Part shown: positions 15,536 to 31,760 of the stretch, piece by piece
Layout: every line of letters starts with the position of its first letter
Numbering within the stretch: the first letter of the stretch is position 1
Source: the human T2T-CHM13v2.0 reference genome, Homo sapiens
Assembly (NCBI RefSeq): GCF_009914755.1
Contig: NC_060925.1
Length of the DNA stretch: 64,000 bases
Reading direction: 5' to 3' (one strand)
Position numbers and translations under genes: made by a program
The notes under the pieces: model-generated
Database searches by the model: none
What the model saw: the letters and a program-made list of their open reading frames with translations, nothing else
What the model was told of the DNA's origin: nothing

Positions 15536-16949
15536 TGTCTTTGTCCATTTTGACTCATGTAGTCAACACTCAGGACAACCACTTTCCCTTAGGGAGGGTG
15601 GCATTTTCTGTCTGTCTGGCCACTCTTTATATGTTGGAGTAAGAAGATTTTTAACAAGTATGTTTAGCTTTTTAAGTAAAGTTTAAAAGAAGAAAACATC
15701 TTAAAACCATTTGTTCGTAAACAAATATACCGGACATAGGTAACACACTAAAACAACATAAAAATTAGTGAAGAGAAATTAAAGAGGCTCCAAAACCCAG
15801 AATCTAAGTAGAAAAATAAAATGAGTGAGTGATTATAGATAAGCTAAGAATGTGTAATCAATTTCAGCCCAGTGAAAAAGGGCTAATTTTTTATTTTCAT
15901 GCGTCCTTGTCCTTTGTACTCCTCAAGGGATGCATATCGCTTGGGGTTGCAACTTTGCTATAGAGGAGGAATTCCACTTGTTTCCACTTGGCCCTTCGAC
16001 CCGTGATTGCTATTATTTCACAGATCAGGGATTCAATGTGGAGTTCAATTGCCTGGGATATTCGCTTGGGATCAAGGACCAGAAAAATAACTATAGAAAT
16101 GGATTCAGTGTTCCATCAGACCTTTTATGAGATGAATTCAAAGCAGTGTGGCGTCCTACAGTGCCCTCTCCCTAAATTTAGGTGTTTCTCCTTCCTGAAT
16201 GCATAGTCACATGGACCACAAATCCTTTTGTGGAAAAGGAAAAGGGAGATTCACAGTAGGCTCAGCAGGGTTCTTACTTAGGGGTACTCTGTCTCCTCTT
16301 CCTTGAAGGCGCTCTGGAGCTGGAAGCTCGCTCAGATCTGGAAATGGGTGAGAGGTTGTCACCTGATAGTGCGATGACTTATGTGAAGCCTCTGTTTACC
16401 AGGCCTGGAGGGTTTGGGGTTATGCAGGTCAAGATTTTAGTGGGTAACCTGTTAAATTAATTTCTGTGACCCTATGACTACTTAAACTTACCTTCAGCAA
16501 TTTATCTGAAAGGGACTACTGAGCTCACCATACTCCCTATTTTAATTACTGTGCTTACTTTGCCACAGGAGCTGGTCAATCTGGACTTCAATTTTTCTAA
16601 TAGTCAGAACCCTTTGACTGCTAATGACAGAAGCACAATTGGAAAACCCGTAATCAAGAAAACAGAATTGCTGTACTTCATGTACTCTTGAGCCTGAGAA
16701 TGGTTGAAGGTGACTGGAAGCCGTGTCTCAATGCTTCTAGGAAGCTGTCAAGCAATTCTGCTTTTCTCTAATTGTCAACTTTATTCTCTCCTGTGGCAGA
16801 CACATGGGGGAACATGGCTGCAGATGGCTCTAGATTCACATTCTTATCTTGGGAACCCGACAGTATTACCTGGCCTGGCACAAATTAGAAAAGTCCCAAG
16901 AAAGGACTCTGAATGGTCCAGCTTGAATCACCGAGGCCAGGAGGAGATG

Positions 16950-17145
16950 AGAACGAAGCTGCCTGGTTTGGGCCTCAGCACATTTACTCACTTACTAGTG
17001 TGGTGACATGGGGAAAGATACCCTCTCTATGCTGAAGTGCCCTCATCTTTGGAGGAATAGTTATCTCATACAGTTATTATGAAGATTAAATGAGTTAATT
17101 TATGTACAGCACATAGAACAGTGCCCATGCCCAACAATTGTTCAA
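16950..17145 (+). mobile_element. MIR
   Basis: cacttactagtgtggtgac...gattaaatgagttaat...agaacagtgcc. Confidence 0.65.
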
Positions 17146-17949
17146 GCATGATTCAGTGTCCACTCCTTTGGCCAGAGGAAACGCCTGTTGCCAGAGACCA
17201 TGGATGGTACACATGTGGCAAACACCTGTTACCAGAGAGCATGGATGTTACAGATGTGACTGCTGAGGCTGCATCTATAAGGAGGGCCCATCTTACTCCT
17301 CCCTTCATTTGCCCATTTGTGAATAAGCATCTGCACAATCGCATAACCTTGAGTCAGAGCAGAGTACCAGCGCCTACCTTGGAGAAGAGAGGGAAAACAG
17401 ATGGAGCGAAGACTCTTAAAAAAATGGCAAAAACATCTATGAACCTCATACAGTCCTAGAAGCAGGAAACGGAGAAAGGAAATGGCTGGGTTTGCCACTG
17501 AGGGCCAAAGTGTGCCACAGTGTACTGAAAATGAGAGAGCAGCCTGGGAGTGAAAGCTTTCCATGTGAATGCAGCAAGGTGGAGAAGTACTTGGTGTGTC
17601 CAGCAAAGGCATACTGTTCTACTACACAACCAACATAGGAAAGAAAATAGGAAAAGAAGGCTGGAAGCAAGTGCTGGAAGTATGGCTGCAGGCACACGAG
17701 GAAACCTCACCCACTGGTAAACACAGCTCAGTCTCTGTCCTGGTATCTAACCAATCAGATTAGCAATTCTTCAGTCACTGAAGAGGATTTAGTGAGAGGA
17801 GATGAACTGAAAGCCAAGGACACTGCGCTAATGTTTTAAATGTGTACATGTTAGAATGCATCTTGTCTCTAGTAACCTCTGTGATTTTCTCTTCCACATC
17901 TGGGGTTGATATGAAGCTTCCTTTCCTTCTAACAATTTTTATAGGTGCT

Positions 17950-18380
17950 TGCTATAGTTTGGATGTCTGTCCCCACAAACCTAATGTTGCAATTTGATTC
18001 CCAGTGTTGGAGTTGAGTCCAAATGGGAGGTATTTGGGTCATGGGGGCAGATCCCTCATGAATGAATGGCTTTCTGCCTTTCTCATGGTAATGAATGAGT
18101 TCTTGCTCTATTAGTTCTCGTGAAAGCTGACTGTTAAAAATTGTCTACACCCCTGCCTCCACCCTTGCTTCGTCTCTTGCTACATGATCTCTGAACACAC
18201 CAGCTCCCCTTTGCCTTCCACTATGAGTGGAAGCAGCCTGAAGTCTTCACCAGAAGCAGATGCTGTCTTCATACTTCTCGTATAGTCTGCAGAATTATGA
18301 CTCAAATTAACCTTTTTTAAAATAAATTACCTAGTCCTCAGGTATTTCTTTATATCAATATTAAACAGATGAAGAAAGCA
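17950..18380 (+). mobile_element. MSTB-type solo LTR
   Basis: tgctatagtttggatgtctgtcccc...tcaggtatttctttata...ca; 5-bp TSD gtgct (17945-17949, 18381-18385). Confidence 0.88.
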
Positions 18381-18866
18381 GTGCTCATTCAAACAATAAA
18401 TATTTATTGAGTGCCTACTATGAACCAAACTAACACTTTGAAGTATCTGAAAATTTTTGCAATACTGAGTGTGAAATATGAGTGACTGTGAGTTCTTTCT
18501 CAAATCCACACTATAGTTGATTATTCCAACAAAATGTCTTAAGAGTATCCTGTCCCAATTATTACACTGCTCCAAGTTTGGAATGTATTAATTCATTTAC
18601 TTCATCCATTCATTCATTTTTTTAAATTCTATGTTTATATCCTTCTCACTCCCCAAATTAATTTGAAAATAATTTTACAAGACATGAGCACATATGACTA
18701 TGAAAATAACTATGCTAAATTCTTTTAGCAGTTTAAATTTGTTTCTAAATTCTATTTCATTCTATTAAGATTTTTATTCTGCTTTTAAACTGAAGCCATG
18801 TGCTTTAATTCATTGTCATGTCATAACAGAAGAATATAAAGCATAATGGGGGGAAAGCATGGGTGT

Positions 18867-19102
18867 GAACGAGAACACACGGACGCATTGGGGGTAAACA
18901 ACACTCACTGGGGCCTGGTATTGTGGCAGTGGGAGAGGGAGAGCATCAGGAAGAATAACTCGTGGATGCCAGGCTTAATACCTAGGTGATGGGTTGATAG
19001 GTGCAGCAAACCACCATGGCGCACATTTACCTATGTAACAAACCTGCACGTCCTGAAGGTGTACCCCAGAACTTAAAATAAAAATTGAAGAGGAAAAAAA
19101 AA
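18867..19102 (+). mobile_element. L1PA (older, PA13-16-like) 3' end
   Basis: ggcttaatacctaggtgatgggttgataggtgcagcaaaccaccatggc...gtaccccagaacttaaaataaa. Confidence 0.85.
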
Positions 19103-19784
19103 GTTTGAATGTAAGCCCTGACACCCCCTTTCTATCCCTGGAAATGGGAGCTCTCCACTCTTCAAACTTCTCAACTGTAAGGTGATGTACCTTGAGGCTG
19201 TTTTTGGAAAGAGGACATCTGTAACTAAATCCAAAAAGTAAATAATCTCTAAAGCGCAGATAACACTAATCCTCTCCTGTTCAATCTAATAGCGTTACTG
19301 TGGTAAATAAGTGAGAAAATGTGTGAAAATACTTTATAAACTGTAAAGCACCAAAAATCATGCTATCATCATACTGAAAGGTGTTTTTACTCTCATAGAG
19401 TTTCTCATCATTTAAATAAATATGTATTCATGACTTTTTAGTTTTCCAGTGGGATTTTCACACTCACTTTGTCTTGTATATAAAGTATCTCATAAAAAGT
19501 GGTGTCAGATTGAATATACATTCACTTAAACAGCATTTTTATCATAACAATGTTTCATTTTCCCAAGGTCTCGAATAAGAGCCATAATGCATCTGTCTAT
19601 TATTTCTTCCTTTATTTCTTCCAGAGTGCTTTCATAATTTCTTTTAATTAAATCTACCTGAGCCAAATGAATGTTTAATTATTTAATTATTATTCTGAAA
19701 GAAATTGATTCATTCACTTTATTCATCTTAATTTATAGATGTGTGTCACTAGCATATAGCACTGTAATTTATTTGTGAGTGAAT

Positions 19785-20415
19785 GTTGGCTTTGACTGGA
19801 TCCTTTAGGAACCAGAGCCTTAGGCAGGGAGAAAATGCCAAAACTTTATTTGGAGCCGCAAGCTCAGAGTGGTGAGGTAAATAAAAAATTAAAGGGGAAG
19901 TGAAGTAAGAAAATAGGCAAAGTAATGTGATGAACCACTTGGCCAGTGAGCTGCAAAGTGTGTTGTTCAGTACTCAGCATCTCTCCAGAAGGGCTGCAAG
20001 GAGGAACCACACTTCAGTACAGTCCACAGGAAAAAAAATAGGGGTGGGGTGGGAACATTTATTTGTGCAGCTCTCTTGATCCTCCTATTTCCTATTGGTT
20101 GAGGTTCACCTGACAGTATAGTAACTCTCCTGCACTGCTAGGTCAGGTCATCCAGCCCTCCAGCAGAAGCCAGGAGTTAAAATGCATACGACAGAGTATC
20201 ATGACATCCAAGCCTGGGAGTGGTGATTAAAGGAAGTAATTCTTCATGGAGAATGTGTGGGCCATGAAGTCAGGGGCTTCAACTTAACTCAAGCAAGCTT
20301 TGGGAGCTCAGCAAAGGCAGTGAGGCTAGCACAGGCTTGGAGGCAGATGGCATCATAAGAAAGAAGGAGGCAGGTCAGGGTATCTGAGGAGATGCACAAG
20401 ATCTGCATCTGACAC
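19785..20415 (-). mobile_element. ERVL LTR16-like
   Basis: cagagcct...aactttatttgg and cctattggttgagg...taactctcctgcact motifs; ends gacaca. Confidence 0.5.
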
Positions 20416-20611
20416 AGGTGTGTGGTTTGTCCCCTACATGTATGATGAGGTATGGGTGAAATATTTATACTTTACTATAATTTTGTTGGAATTCTAAGGA
20501 ATTTAAAACTATATCATCTGTGGACATTTGTTTTCTTGTTTTCTATATTTTAATTTCTTTTTCTTCTCAAACAGTTATTATCAGTGTCTGGTAGTATGTT
20601 GAGCAGGACAG

Positions 20612-21002
20612 TGTCTCAGTCCATTCAGACTGCTGTAACAGAATACCATAGACAAGGTGGCTTATAAACAGCAGAAGTTTATTTCTCAAAGTTCTGGAGG
20701 CTGGAAGTCCAAGATCCAGGTGCCGGCAGATGTGGTGTCTGGTGAGGGCTTGTTCCTCATAAATGGCATATTCATGCTGCATGCTCACAACATGGAAGAG
20801 AGAAAAAAAAGGGCCAAACAGACTCCCTCAATCCCTTTACTAGGGCACTAATCCCATTCATGAAGACCCCACCCTCATGGCCTAATCACCTCCCAAAGAC
20901 CCTGCCTCCTAACTCTACCAAATTGGTGATCAGGTTTCAACATCTGAATCTGCTGGGGGCAGGCGGGGGGCATGGGGGGACACAAACATTCAGACCGTAG
21001 CA
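20612..21002 (-). mobile_element. MLT1A/MSTD-type LTR
   Basis: tgtctcagtccattcagactgctgtaacagaataccatagac...cacaaacattcagaccgtagca. Confidence 0.85.
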
Positions 21003-21127
21003 CCTAGAAACAGAATTTGTTCTTATGTTTATTCCTGAGGAAATAACTCTTTCAGGCCCACATTAACTATAAATGTGGGCCTCCGTTTTAAATATGTTAC
21101 CATGTAAAAGGTATAAAAAGAAGGTCA

Positions 21128-21500
21128 ATGGCAGAGATTTTCCACATCAAATAGTGTTCTCTTTCTTGATACACAACTAAATTACCTTTCCCAGTCCCCT
21201 TGCATCTGGATGGAGCTACGTGACCCACCCCGGTCAATGGAACATGGACAGTGTGAGTACAATCCGTGTTCTTTGTCTTGACTTGCCTGCTGGCTGGGTA
21301 CATGGGATCCAGCAGAGGACTCAAAGCCCCTAAGGAAGTGGCCCCTTGAATGACTTAAGTGGAACAGGGCCCTGCCTAGTCCCCTTCCCCCCATACCACA
21401 CACATACTATGCCAAATGTGATGTGAGCAAGAAATAAATATTTGTTAAGCCCCAGCATTTGGGAGTTGTTTGTCATAGCAATTGCAAAATCTCTCTAGTA
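21128..21500 (+). mobile_element. MLT1I/J-type LTR
   Basis: tttcccagtccccttgca...gtgagcaagaaataaat...tttgggagttgtttgtcatagca. Confidence 0.65.
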
Positions 21501-22182
21501 AACTTTCCAAACCAAACTTTTAAAAAGTTTTCATCAAGAGTAAAGGGCAAAATTTACTGGGTGACTTCTTAGCATCCGCTGAAGTTCTTACACAATTCTT
21601 ATCATATTTTTTTTTTTTTTGGCTCCTGTTTTCCTTTGGTATTCTAATCTTAGATAACACCTAAAATAAAATTATTTTCTATTGCTAACATTTCAGCTGA
21701 GAATTTCTGTTTGTTTGTCTGACCTGTGTTCATGGGAGGTAGTATGGCCTCTTTGGAAAAACATGGGTTTGGAGTCACACTGAATCCCATTTCAGCCATA
21801 GACCCTGTTGAATTTGTCATGAACTGTTCTGAATCTCAGTTTTCTCATCTGGAGTAATAATTTCTATCTTAGAGGGTTTTGTGAGTATTAAACAAAACAT
21901 TATATATAAAATACCTGATACACAAGACCACCTTAATAAATTGTAACTATTATAATTATTCTTCTTATTTTAATTTGATAAGCCATTCTCTGTCTTTCTC
22001 TGTGTCTGTGTTTATCTCCTCCCTGCACCTGGCCCTTTCTCTTTCCTCCCCTCCCTTTCTCTCTCCTCACTTGTGCCCTGTTCAGACTTGGGAATTCATA
22101 CACATAGGAGGTGTTAGGCACTATGTTTAGCTCCAGTATTTCCACAAATTAGTCAGTTAGTATTCTGCCCCCTCTGATGTGA

Positions 22183-22514
<332 letters not shown>

Positions 22515-22959
22515 AGATACAGTGTTCAAACTCTGAAGTCTATTTCTTGCTCATTGTAGCCCATTGACTTTATAAATCTCCTTAAATTGTATGAAAGGTA
22601 TTTCATGGATGTGCATTTCCCTGGAGGAAAGGTACATAGCTGTCATCAGATTTTCAGAGGGATCTCCAACCCCCAAAATATTAAAAATTTCTGCCTTAGA
22701 TCCAAATCACCAATAACTTTTCTAATCCACCACCCCTCCAACTCCGATCATTACCGTATCAACCATTTGCCCAGAAATACAATCGATTAGATTTTTGTAG
22801 CATTTATATACAGATCAGCTCATCCATCTTGAAATTCTCTTTCCTTAATATTTTGAAACTCTCTCTTTCCTTGACCTTTGTCCTCCCCATACTTCTTTGA
22901 CCATTTTATCTCTATATATCTGCTTTTCCTTTCTCTGGATAGTCTCTGAGAGTGGATGA

Positions 22960-23900
<941 letters not shown>

Positions 23901-24071
23901 CTGCATCATACAACTGGTACATACCTTTTCAGCCTGGGTTCCACACTAAGGCCAGGGTTCAAATCCTGATTTTGCCACTTCCTGATTATGCAACCTTAGG
24001 AAAATTGCTTAATTTCTTCAAGCCTCTTTTTAAAAAATTTTGTTAAAGTGGGGGTGATAATAATATCCATC

Positions 24072-24539
24072 TGTGGTAGACTACGGATAACTACAACCCG
24101 TTTACATCCTCTGCCTACTCAAAGTTGGACTGTGTTTTCCCACCCCTTGAATTTGGGCTGGGTTCATGACTCACTTTGGTCAGTAGAATATGTGGAAGTG
24201 AACTTCTGCAATTTATGAGCTTAGGCCTCCAAGAAGCCTAGGGAATTCTTTTACACACTTGAAAACCTGAGACCACCCTGTGAATGAACTCGAGCTAGCT
24301 CTCTGGAGTAGCCACGTGGAGGAGCTATGTTTGCCCTCCAGCTGCCCATCACTAGAAATGTAACTGAGGCTGTCTTAGATCATTCTCTCCAGTCAACCAA
24401 GCTGACTACAGCTGCAGGAGTGAGCCCAGGCCAGACCAACTAAAGCTCCTCTCAGTTGAGCCAAGCCCACAGATTGTGAGCTAATTTAAGCCACTATGTT
24501 TTAAGGTGGCGTTTTATGCAATAAAAGTTAACTGATATA
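24072..24539 (+). mobile_element. MLT1G/H-type LTR inserted in a MIR
   Basis: tgtggtaga...ccccttgaatttgggctgg...tttaagccactatgtttt...taactgata; MIR halves at ~23950-24071 and ~24540-24615. Confidence 0.75.
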
Positions 24540-25410
24540 TTACCTCACAGCATTGCCACGAGCACTAAATGAGACAGTATACATAAAAGTATGTAAAACG
24601 GGGTCTGACACAATAAAAGACAGTTATTACTAAATTATTAGCTCATTACACACACACTATGAACCTGTCTAACTTGGCTATTCACTACTACCTGAACTCA
24701 TTCTGTTCTTTCTTACCTCTGCACTTTGCGTATGAATTTTAAAACTGGGGGAATACACTTCCCTCTCTCCCTCCAATTTATCTAATCCTACCCATAATTC
24801 AAGCCTCATCTCAAATGGCTGCTTCTTTATAAAACCTTTCTTAAATCACTAACTAGATAAAAGATAGTTCTTTAAAGCCAGAACTGGATCTGAATATTGA
24901 CTTTTCATTATCATTTAATCAACTATACAAACATAGTTAATTTTTTTTTTTTTTTTTTTACTTTCCTGAACCCTACCTTCCACCCCTTTAAAAGGAGTTG
25001 TTGTGAGGATTTAATGACAATATATAGCATGATGCATTATTGGTCGAAGGTGTAATATTGATTCAACAAATGCCAGCTCTTCCTCTCCCCTTTGCTCCTC
25101 CCAATGCCCCATCTCTCTCTACCCTGCCTTATGGTACATAACATGTTCTGCATGTGATTATAATTTTGAGTAGTTATTTTATACTCTACTTAGGGAAAAA
25201 GTGTTTTATTTATCTTGGAGTTCCATATAGGACCTTATATGGTTATTTTCACATGGTAAACACTCAATAAATATTTATTGCATTGGAATTTTTTTAACTG
25301 CCAAATTATACAAGCAATGTTAGAGGAGGAAGAGCTCATTTTCACTGGGTGGTCAGGGTAGGATTTATAGAGAACTTGGATTCCAACTCGGTTTTTAAAA
25401 ATAGGAAGGA

Positions 25411-26027
<617 letters not shown>

Positions 26028-26412
26028 AGAAGGAGCTGGAAAGATGAAGAGTAGGAGAGAATCCTAGGAAGATATGAGTTAAAACACAGAGCTGGAGCAT
26101 GCATGGCCATTTGGGAGACAGAATCAAACGTCTGGCTGCAGCAGAGGACTGATGGCAAGGCTAGAGGAGTAAGGCTAGAAAATCAGGTGGCACCTTGCTT
26201 GGCAGGTTAAGAACACTGGATTTTTGTTCCATAGACAATGAGGAGTCACTAAGAGATTGTTATTATTGTCTCTTTTGCTTTTATAAAAATAACATGGGCA
26301 TTATAAAAGGCATAGGAAATATAAATAAGCAAAAACAGAAATTAAGAAGTGTCTCTAAGCTCCTGATTCAGAGATCACTAACATCAAAACTTTGGTGTAT
26401 ATCCTTCCATCC

Positions 26413-27092
<680 letters not shown>

Positions 27093-27115
27093 TCATTTAA
27101 TATTTTTGGCCACTG

Positions 27116-27414
<299 letters not shown>

Positions 27415-27886
27415 TTAAAAATAGAAAAAAAATTTGTGACCCTTTGTTGACTGTGGGTAGCTGAAATCACAGACAGCAAAACCTTGGATGAGGGGGACCA
27501 CTGTATATACATGTGAATGCCCGCCACCCGACACACACACACACAATATCTATACCCATTATCATTTACGAGTTCTTACCAACATTGCAATTCTAATCCA
27601 CTGCTACAAGAATTATTCTAGCCTTCCCGCTCTTCATAGTCTCACCTCTTCACCAACAATGAGACACATGGCTTCCATTATCTTCAATATACTTATTGGC
27701 TCAATCCCACTGTACAGAACCAATCTCTCTATAACACCAGCTGTCTCCTTGGCCATCTCCCTAGCCCCTACCCTACCAGCTGCCTCCTAAGACACTCCCT
27801 TAGTCCTGGACATGCTCACCAGTCCTCGGCCCCAACCATAATGGTCCCCTTCTTGGCTGCCTCCAAAAACTATTAAAAAAAAAAAT

Positions 27887-28209
27887 GGCCAGGTGCAGTG
27901 GCTCACGCCTGTAATCCCAGCACTTTGGAAGGCTGAGGTGGGCGGATCACAAAGTCAGGAGATCGAGACTATCCTGGCTAACATGGTGAAACCCTGTCTC
28001 TACTAAAAATACAAAAAATTAGCCAGGCGTGGTGACACGCACCTGTAGCCCCAGCTACTTGGGAGACTGAGGCAGGAGAACGGCATGAACCCAGGAGGCA
28101 GAGGTTTCAGTGAGCTGAGATCACACCACTGCACTCCAACCTGGGTGACACAGCGAGACTCTATCTCAAAAAAAAAAAAAAAGAAAAAAAAAAGAAAAGA
28201 AGGAAAGAA
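27887..28209 (+). mobile_element. AluSc/Y
   Basis: Dimer with gagatcgagactatcctggctaac; long A tail. Confidence 0.9.
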
Positions 28210-28249
28210 AATGTATTCTTGGCTTCTCTTTTTGGATATGTGGCTGCTG

Positions 28250-28670
28250 TGTATTGAGTACAGGTACTATACTAAGTGCTCTACATGTACTCTCTCAATT
28301 AATCATCACAATTACTATCTAAAGTTAATATCAGTACCCTTATTTTATAGATGAAGGTCCTGAGGCACAGAGAGGTTAATTGGCCAAATATTAGACACCT
28401 AGGAATTGGACAGAGCAGGCATTTGAACCCACGTACTCTTCAAGTCCAAAGTCTTCACTCCTAATTACTACACTCTATTCCCTCCCCTTGTCTATGCACA
28501 TATTATTTAAATGTATCAAGAAGAAGTGTAAGGTAGAAATTATAATCACAAGCTGTAGAACCAGATTTAAAACTTAGCTCCATGATTTATATTTGCTCTG
28601 GGACCTTGGGAAAGTTACTTAACCTCTCTCTGCCTCCATTTCATCTGTAAAATGATAATGATTGTGCCTT
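28250..28670. mobile_element. Two MIR relics (minus ~28250-28470, plus ~28530-28670)
   Basis: attttatagatgaagg..tgaggcacagagaggttaa; gaccttgggaaagttacttaacctctct. Confidence 0.65.
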
Positions 28671-28671
28671 C

Positions 28672-29185
28672 CTAGATCACTCAGGGTCCCCCACAGGAAA
28701 TCGTAACCACTAGATGAATTTTAAGGAGAATGGAATTTAGTGCAAGGAGTTAGGTGCTAATAAATATTGTTGGAAGGAATGGAGGAACAAGCTATAGGCT
28801 TGGACTCCAGAAGCAACTTTTGAACATCACCACCCACGTGTCATAGTTAGAAAGGTGGGGACTCAACTGGCCACTACCAGAACAATTGAATTAAAAATAC
28901 ATCACCATGGTACAATCTAGGGAATTAGTGAGACAGATCAGCAAAATTGCTGTTGCCTCCAGCACCAAAAGTTTAAAATTGGACACTGGAATTCTGCTCC
29001 TGGAAAACCCCATGTCTCTACAAACCCACTGGTCAGCAGAAAAGAGCCAAAAGCAGCATTAGATGCTCCACCTCACTTCTACTTTCCAGGTCTCTCCCAT
29101 ATGTAGCTCATTGAAAAAACTAAATTCTCATCAGAACCCTAACTGAAAAGAACCTGGGAAATGTAGTTTGGTGACTTCTTGTCTT
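28672..29185 (-). mobile_element. ERVL LTR (LTR33/41-like)
   Basis: tcagggtcc...caggaaa...ggaatttagtgcaagg...ctgggaaatgtagttt. Confidence 0.5.
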
Positions 29186-29189
29186 TCTA

Positions 29190-29268
29190 TTAGGTTGGTG
29201 CAAATGTAATTGCTGTTTTGCCATTAAAAGTAATTGCAAAAACTGCGATTACTTTTGCGCCAACCTAA
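29190..29268. mobile_element. MADE1 (Hsmar1-derived MITE)
   Basis: 79-bp palindromic element ttaggttggtgcaaa...ttttgcgccaacctaa flanked by TA TSDs. Confidence 0.95.
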
Positions 29269-29969
29269 TACAATGTTAAGGCTTACCAGGGAGTAGAAAT
29301 AGATGCTCAGTGCCATTGCCCACCTCCATCAGCCCCCTCCCAAAAGATAGTTGTGAGGATTAAACAAGTTATCCCTTCAGTGTGTAACCCAAGATAAACC
29401 TAAGTAAATGTTAGATATTAGTATTATTGTACAAAAATTTAAAAATGAACTCCTGGTACATAGTCTGCTGTGGGTTTCAAAGTTAACATTCAAGGGTTTT
29501 AAATAAAGACCTTGGAAGACTTCAGATTTCATTTTCTATAGACACATCACCTCAAACTCTTTGGAAACAGACAGTAATAAACTGCTTGGCTGTCATGTGC
29601 AGATTGGAAAGGAGAAGGGAAAGAGACTGAGAGATCTGATTCAGGGAAGTCAGCTAAGGAACTATATTCCAAATGAGGAGAAAGAAATAAAAGATTTTAT
29701 TCCTAGTGAGGGAAGCACAGATGCAGATAAAAAGACAGGTAATGAGAGCACTGAGTATAAAGAGACGAGGATCTAGAAACTTATTAAATACAGGAATAAG
29801 AGAAATGAAAGGCTCAAAAGTACTTCAGTGATTTCCTATCATTTTGGTAGAAACATGTAACTTTGATGCCAGCTAAGTTCTCCTGGTCCCTCGAGATCAA
29901 GATAAGAATGATTCACAAACCCATTCTGCTGATCAAGGAAATCCAAAATCCTCTTCCGGTCATCTTTGA

Positions 29970-30303
<334 letters not shown>

Positions 30304-31570
30304 GCTGATGTTCTTTTGAACACTCTTGGCCACAGATTCCTACTTCTCCCAGTCAATTTTATCTATCTCACAACATGGCAACCCAGGCTTCACATGCTGC
30401 TTCTTCCATGATGGCTACCAAAACCCCAATCACACCAAGAACTTTGGACATTGCAGACTTTAATAGTAATTTGCAGGAAAATGGGGGTCTTATCGCAGCA
30501 TTATGACAGGCTTCAAACAGAGCACTGTTTAATGACTTTTTTAAATGAGTCTCTCCATTTAAAAAATTATTCTTGAACCCAACCGTCAGGAATTTTCTCT
30601 GATTCTTCACCTCACCAACTTCCAGCCTCTCTCCATCTTTCTGGCCCTTCTGTCTACCTCCTTACCTTTTCCTTCCTTCTGTTTCAGGAAAACACACACA
30701 ATACTGCCCCAAATATCTTACCTTATCTTATACAGGACAGGTTGGCCACTATTATTTTGTGCCTTGAGAGACTCCTTTCCTTAAATCATTGTCGTTGAAA
30801 TCTATACTCTGACTGATTTGTCAAGAGAGTTTCTGTAAAAACATTTCCCTTCTTAAAAGAATTCTGGTGCCTAGTTGCTAAAATAAGGACTATTTTTTCA
30901 TCCTATTCTAAAAAGTAAGGCGAAGAGCCTGAGAGTCTGCTCACGGGATCCTAATCCTAGGGTAGCTGGGAAGCTGGGAATGGGGTGACATCAAGACAAT
31001 GGATGGCTGACAATTGTCCTAGAGATATAGCACCCCAAGATGAAAGTCACCCACCTGCTCTGGCTGTCATACGAGGTTTCTTTTCTGCCCATTTTTCTTC
31101 TTTATTTTCTCAAATTAGTTATCAAACATGTCTAATGGAAATGAGTTTTGAAGTCAAGCTGCCTGTCCACATTTCAAGAACAAAAGTAGACTCCCCCTAC
31201 ATGTTGCACAGCTCTTAAACTTGTACCTCACCTACAGAAGTCCTGGCCTGAAGCAGGGACTGGTAAGGCACACTGAGGCCGTCAGATACACACATTTATT
31301 CTAAGAGGCTGGCATAGGGTAAGTGAAGTCAGAGCAGAGCAGGGGAGGGAAGAGGGACTAGCAAAGAGAGTCAGCGTGAGGCAAACTGTAGGGGAAGGAG
31401 CTTAAGATCCAAGATCCTATTGTCAGAGGCTGGGAAGGTGGGATGAAGGGGGTAGGGCAAGAGAACAAGAAGGAGAGATAGGCATGAAGAGGCATTGATG
31501 TGTACCTCATACTACCATTCAGGTGAACGTACACAAGGGAGGTAGCAGATATCCACAGCCCACAGGAAGC

Positions 31571-31760
31571 TCAGGCCCCAGGGCTAAATTCTACCTAGGC
31601 TTTGGAAAAAAAAGGAAAAAAAAAGCAAGGCCAGGGCCCCAAACCTCTGTAAAATTGCTGAGAACAAGGTCAGACCCCAATGCTAAGTTCTACCTAAGCT
31701 TTGAAAAAATAAAAAGGAAGAAAGGTCAGGGCCCAAAACTTCTGCAAAAATGCTGACAGC
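31571..31760 (+). repeat. ~99-bp tandem duplication
   Basis: tcaggccccagggctaaattctacctaggctttg.../tcagaccccaatgctaagttctacctaagctttg... (31571-31665, 31670-31760). Confidence 0.85.
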
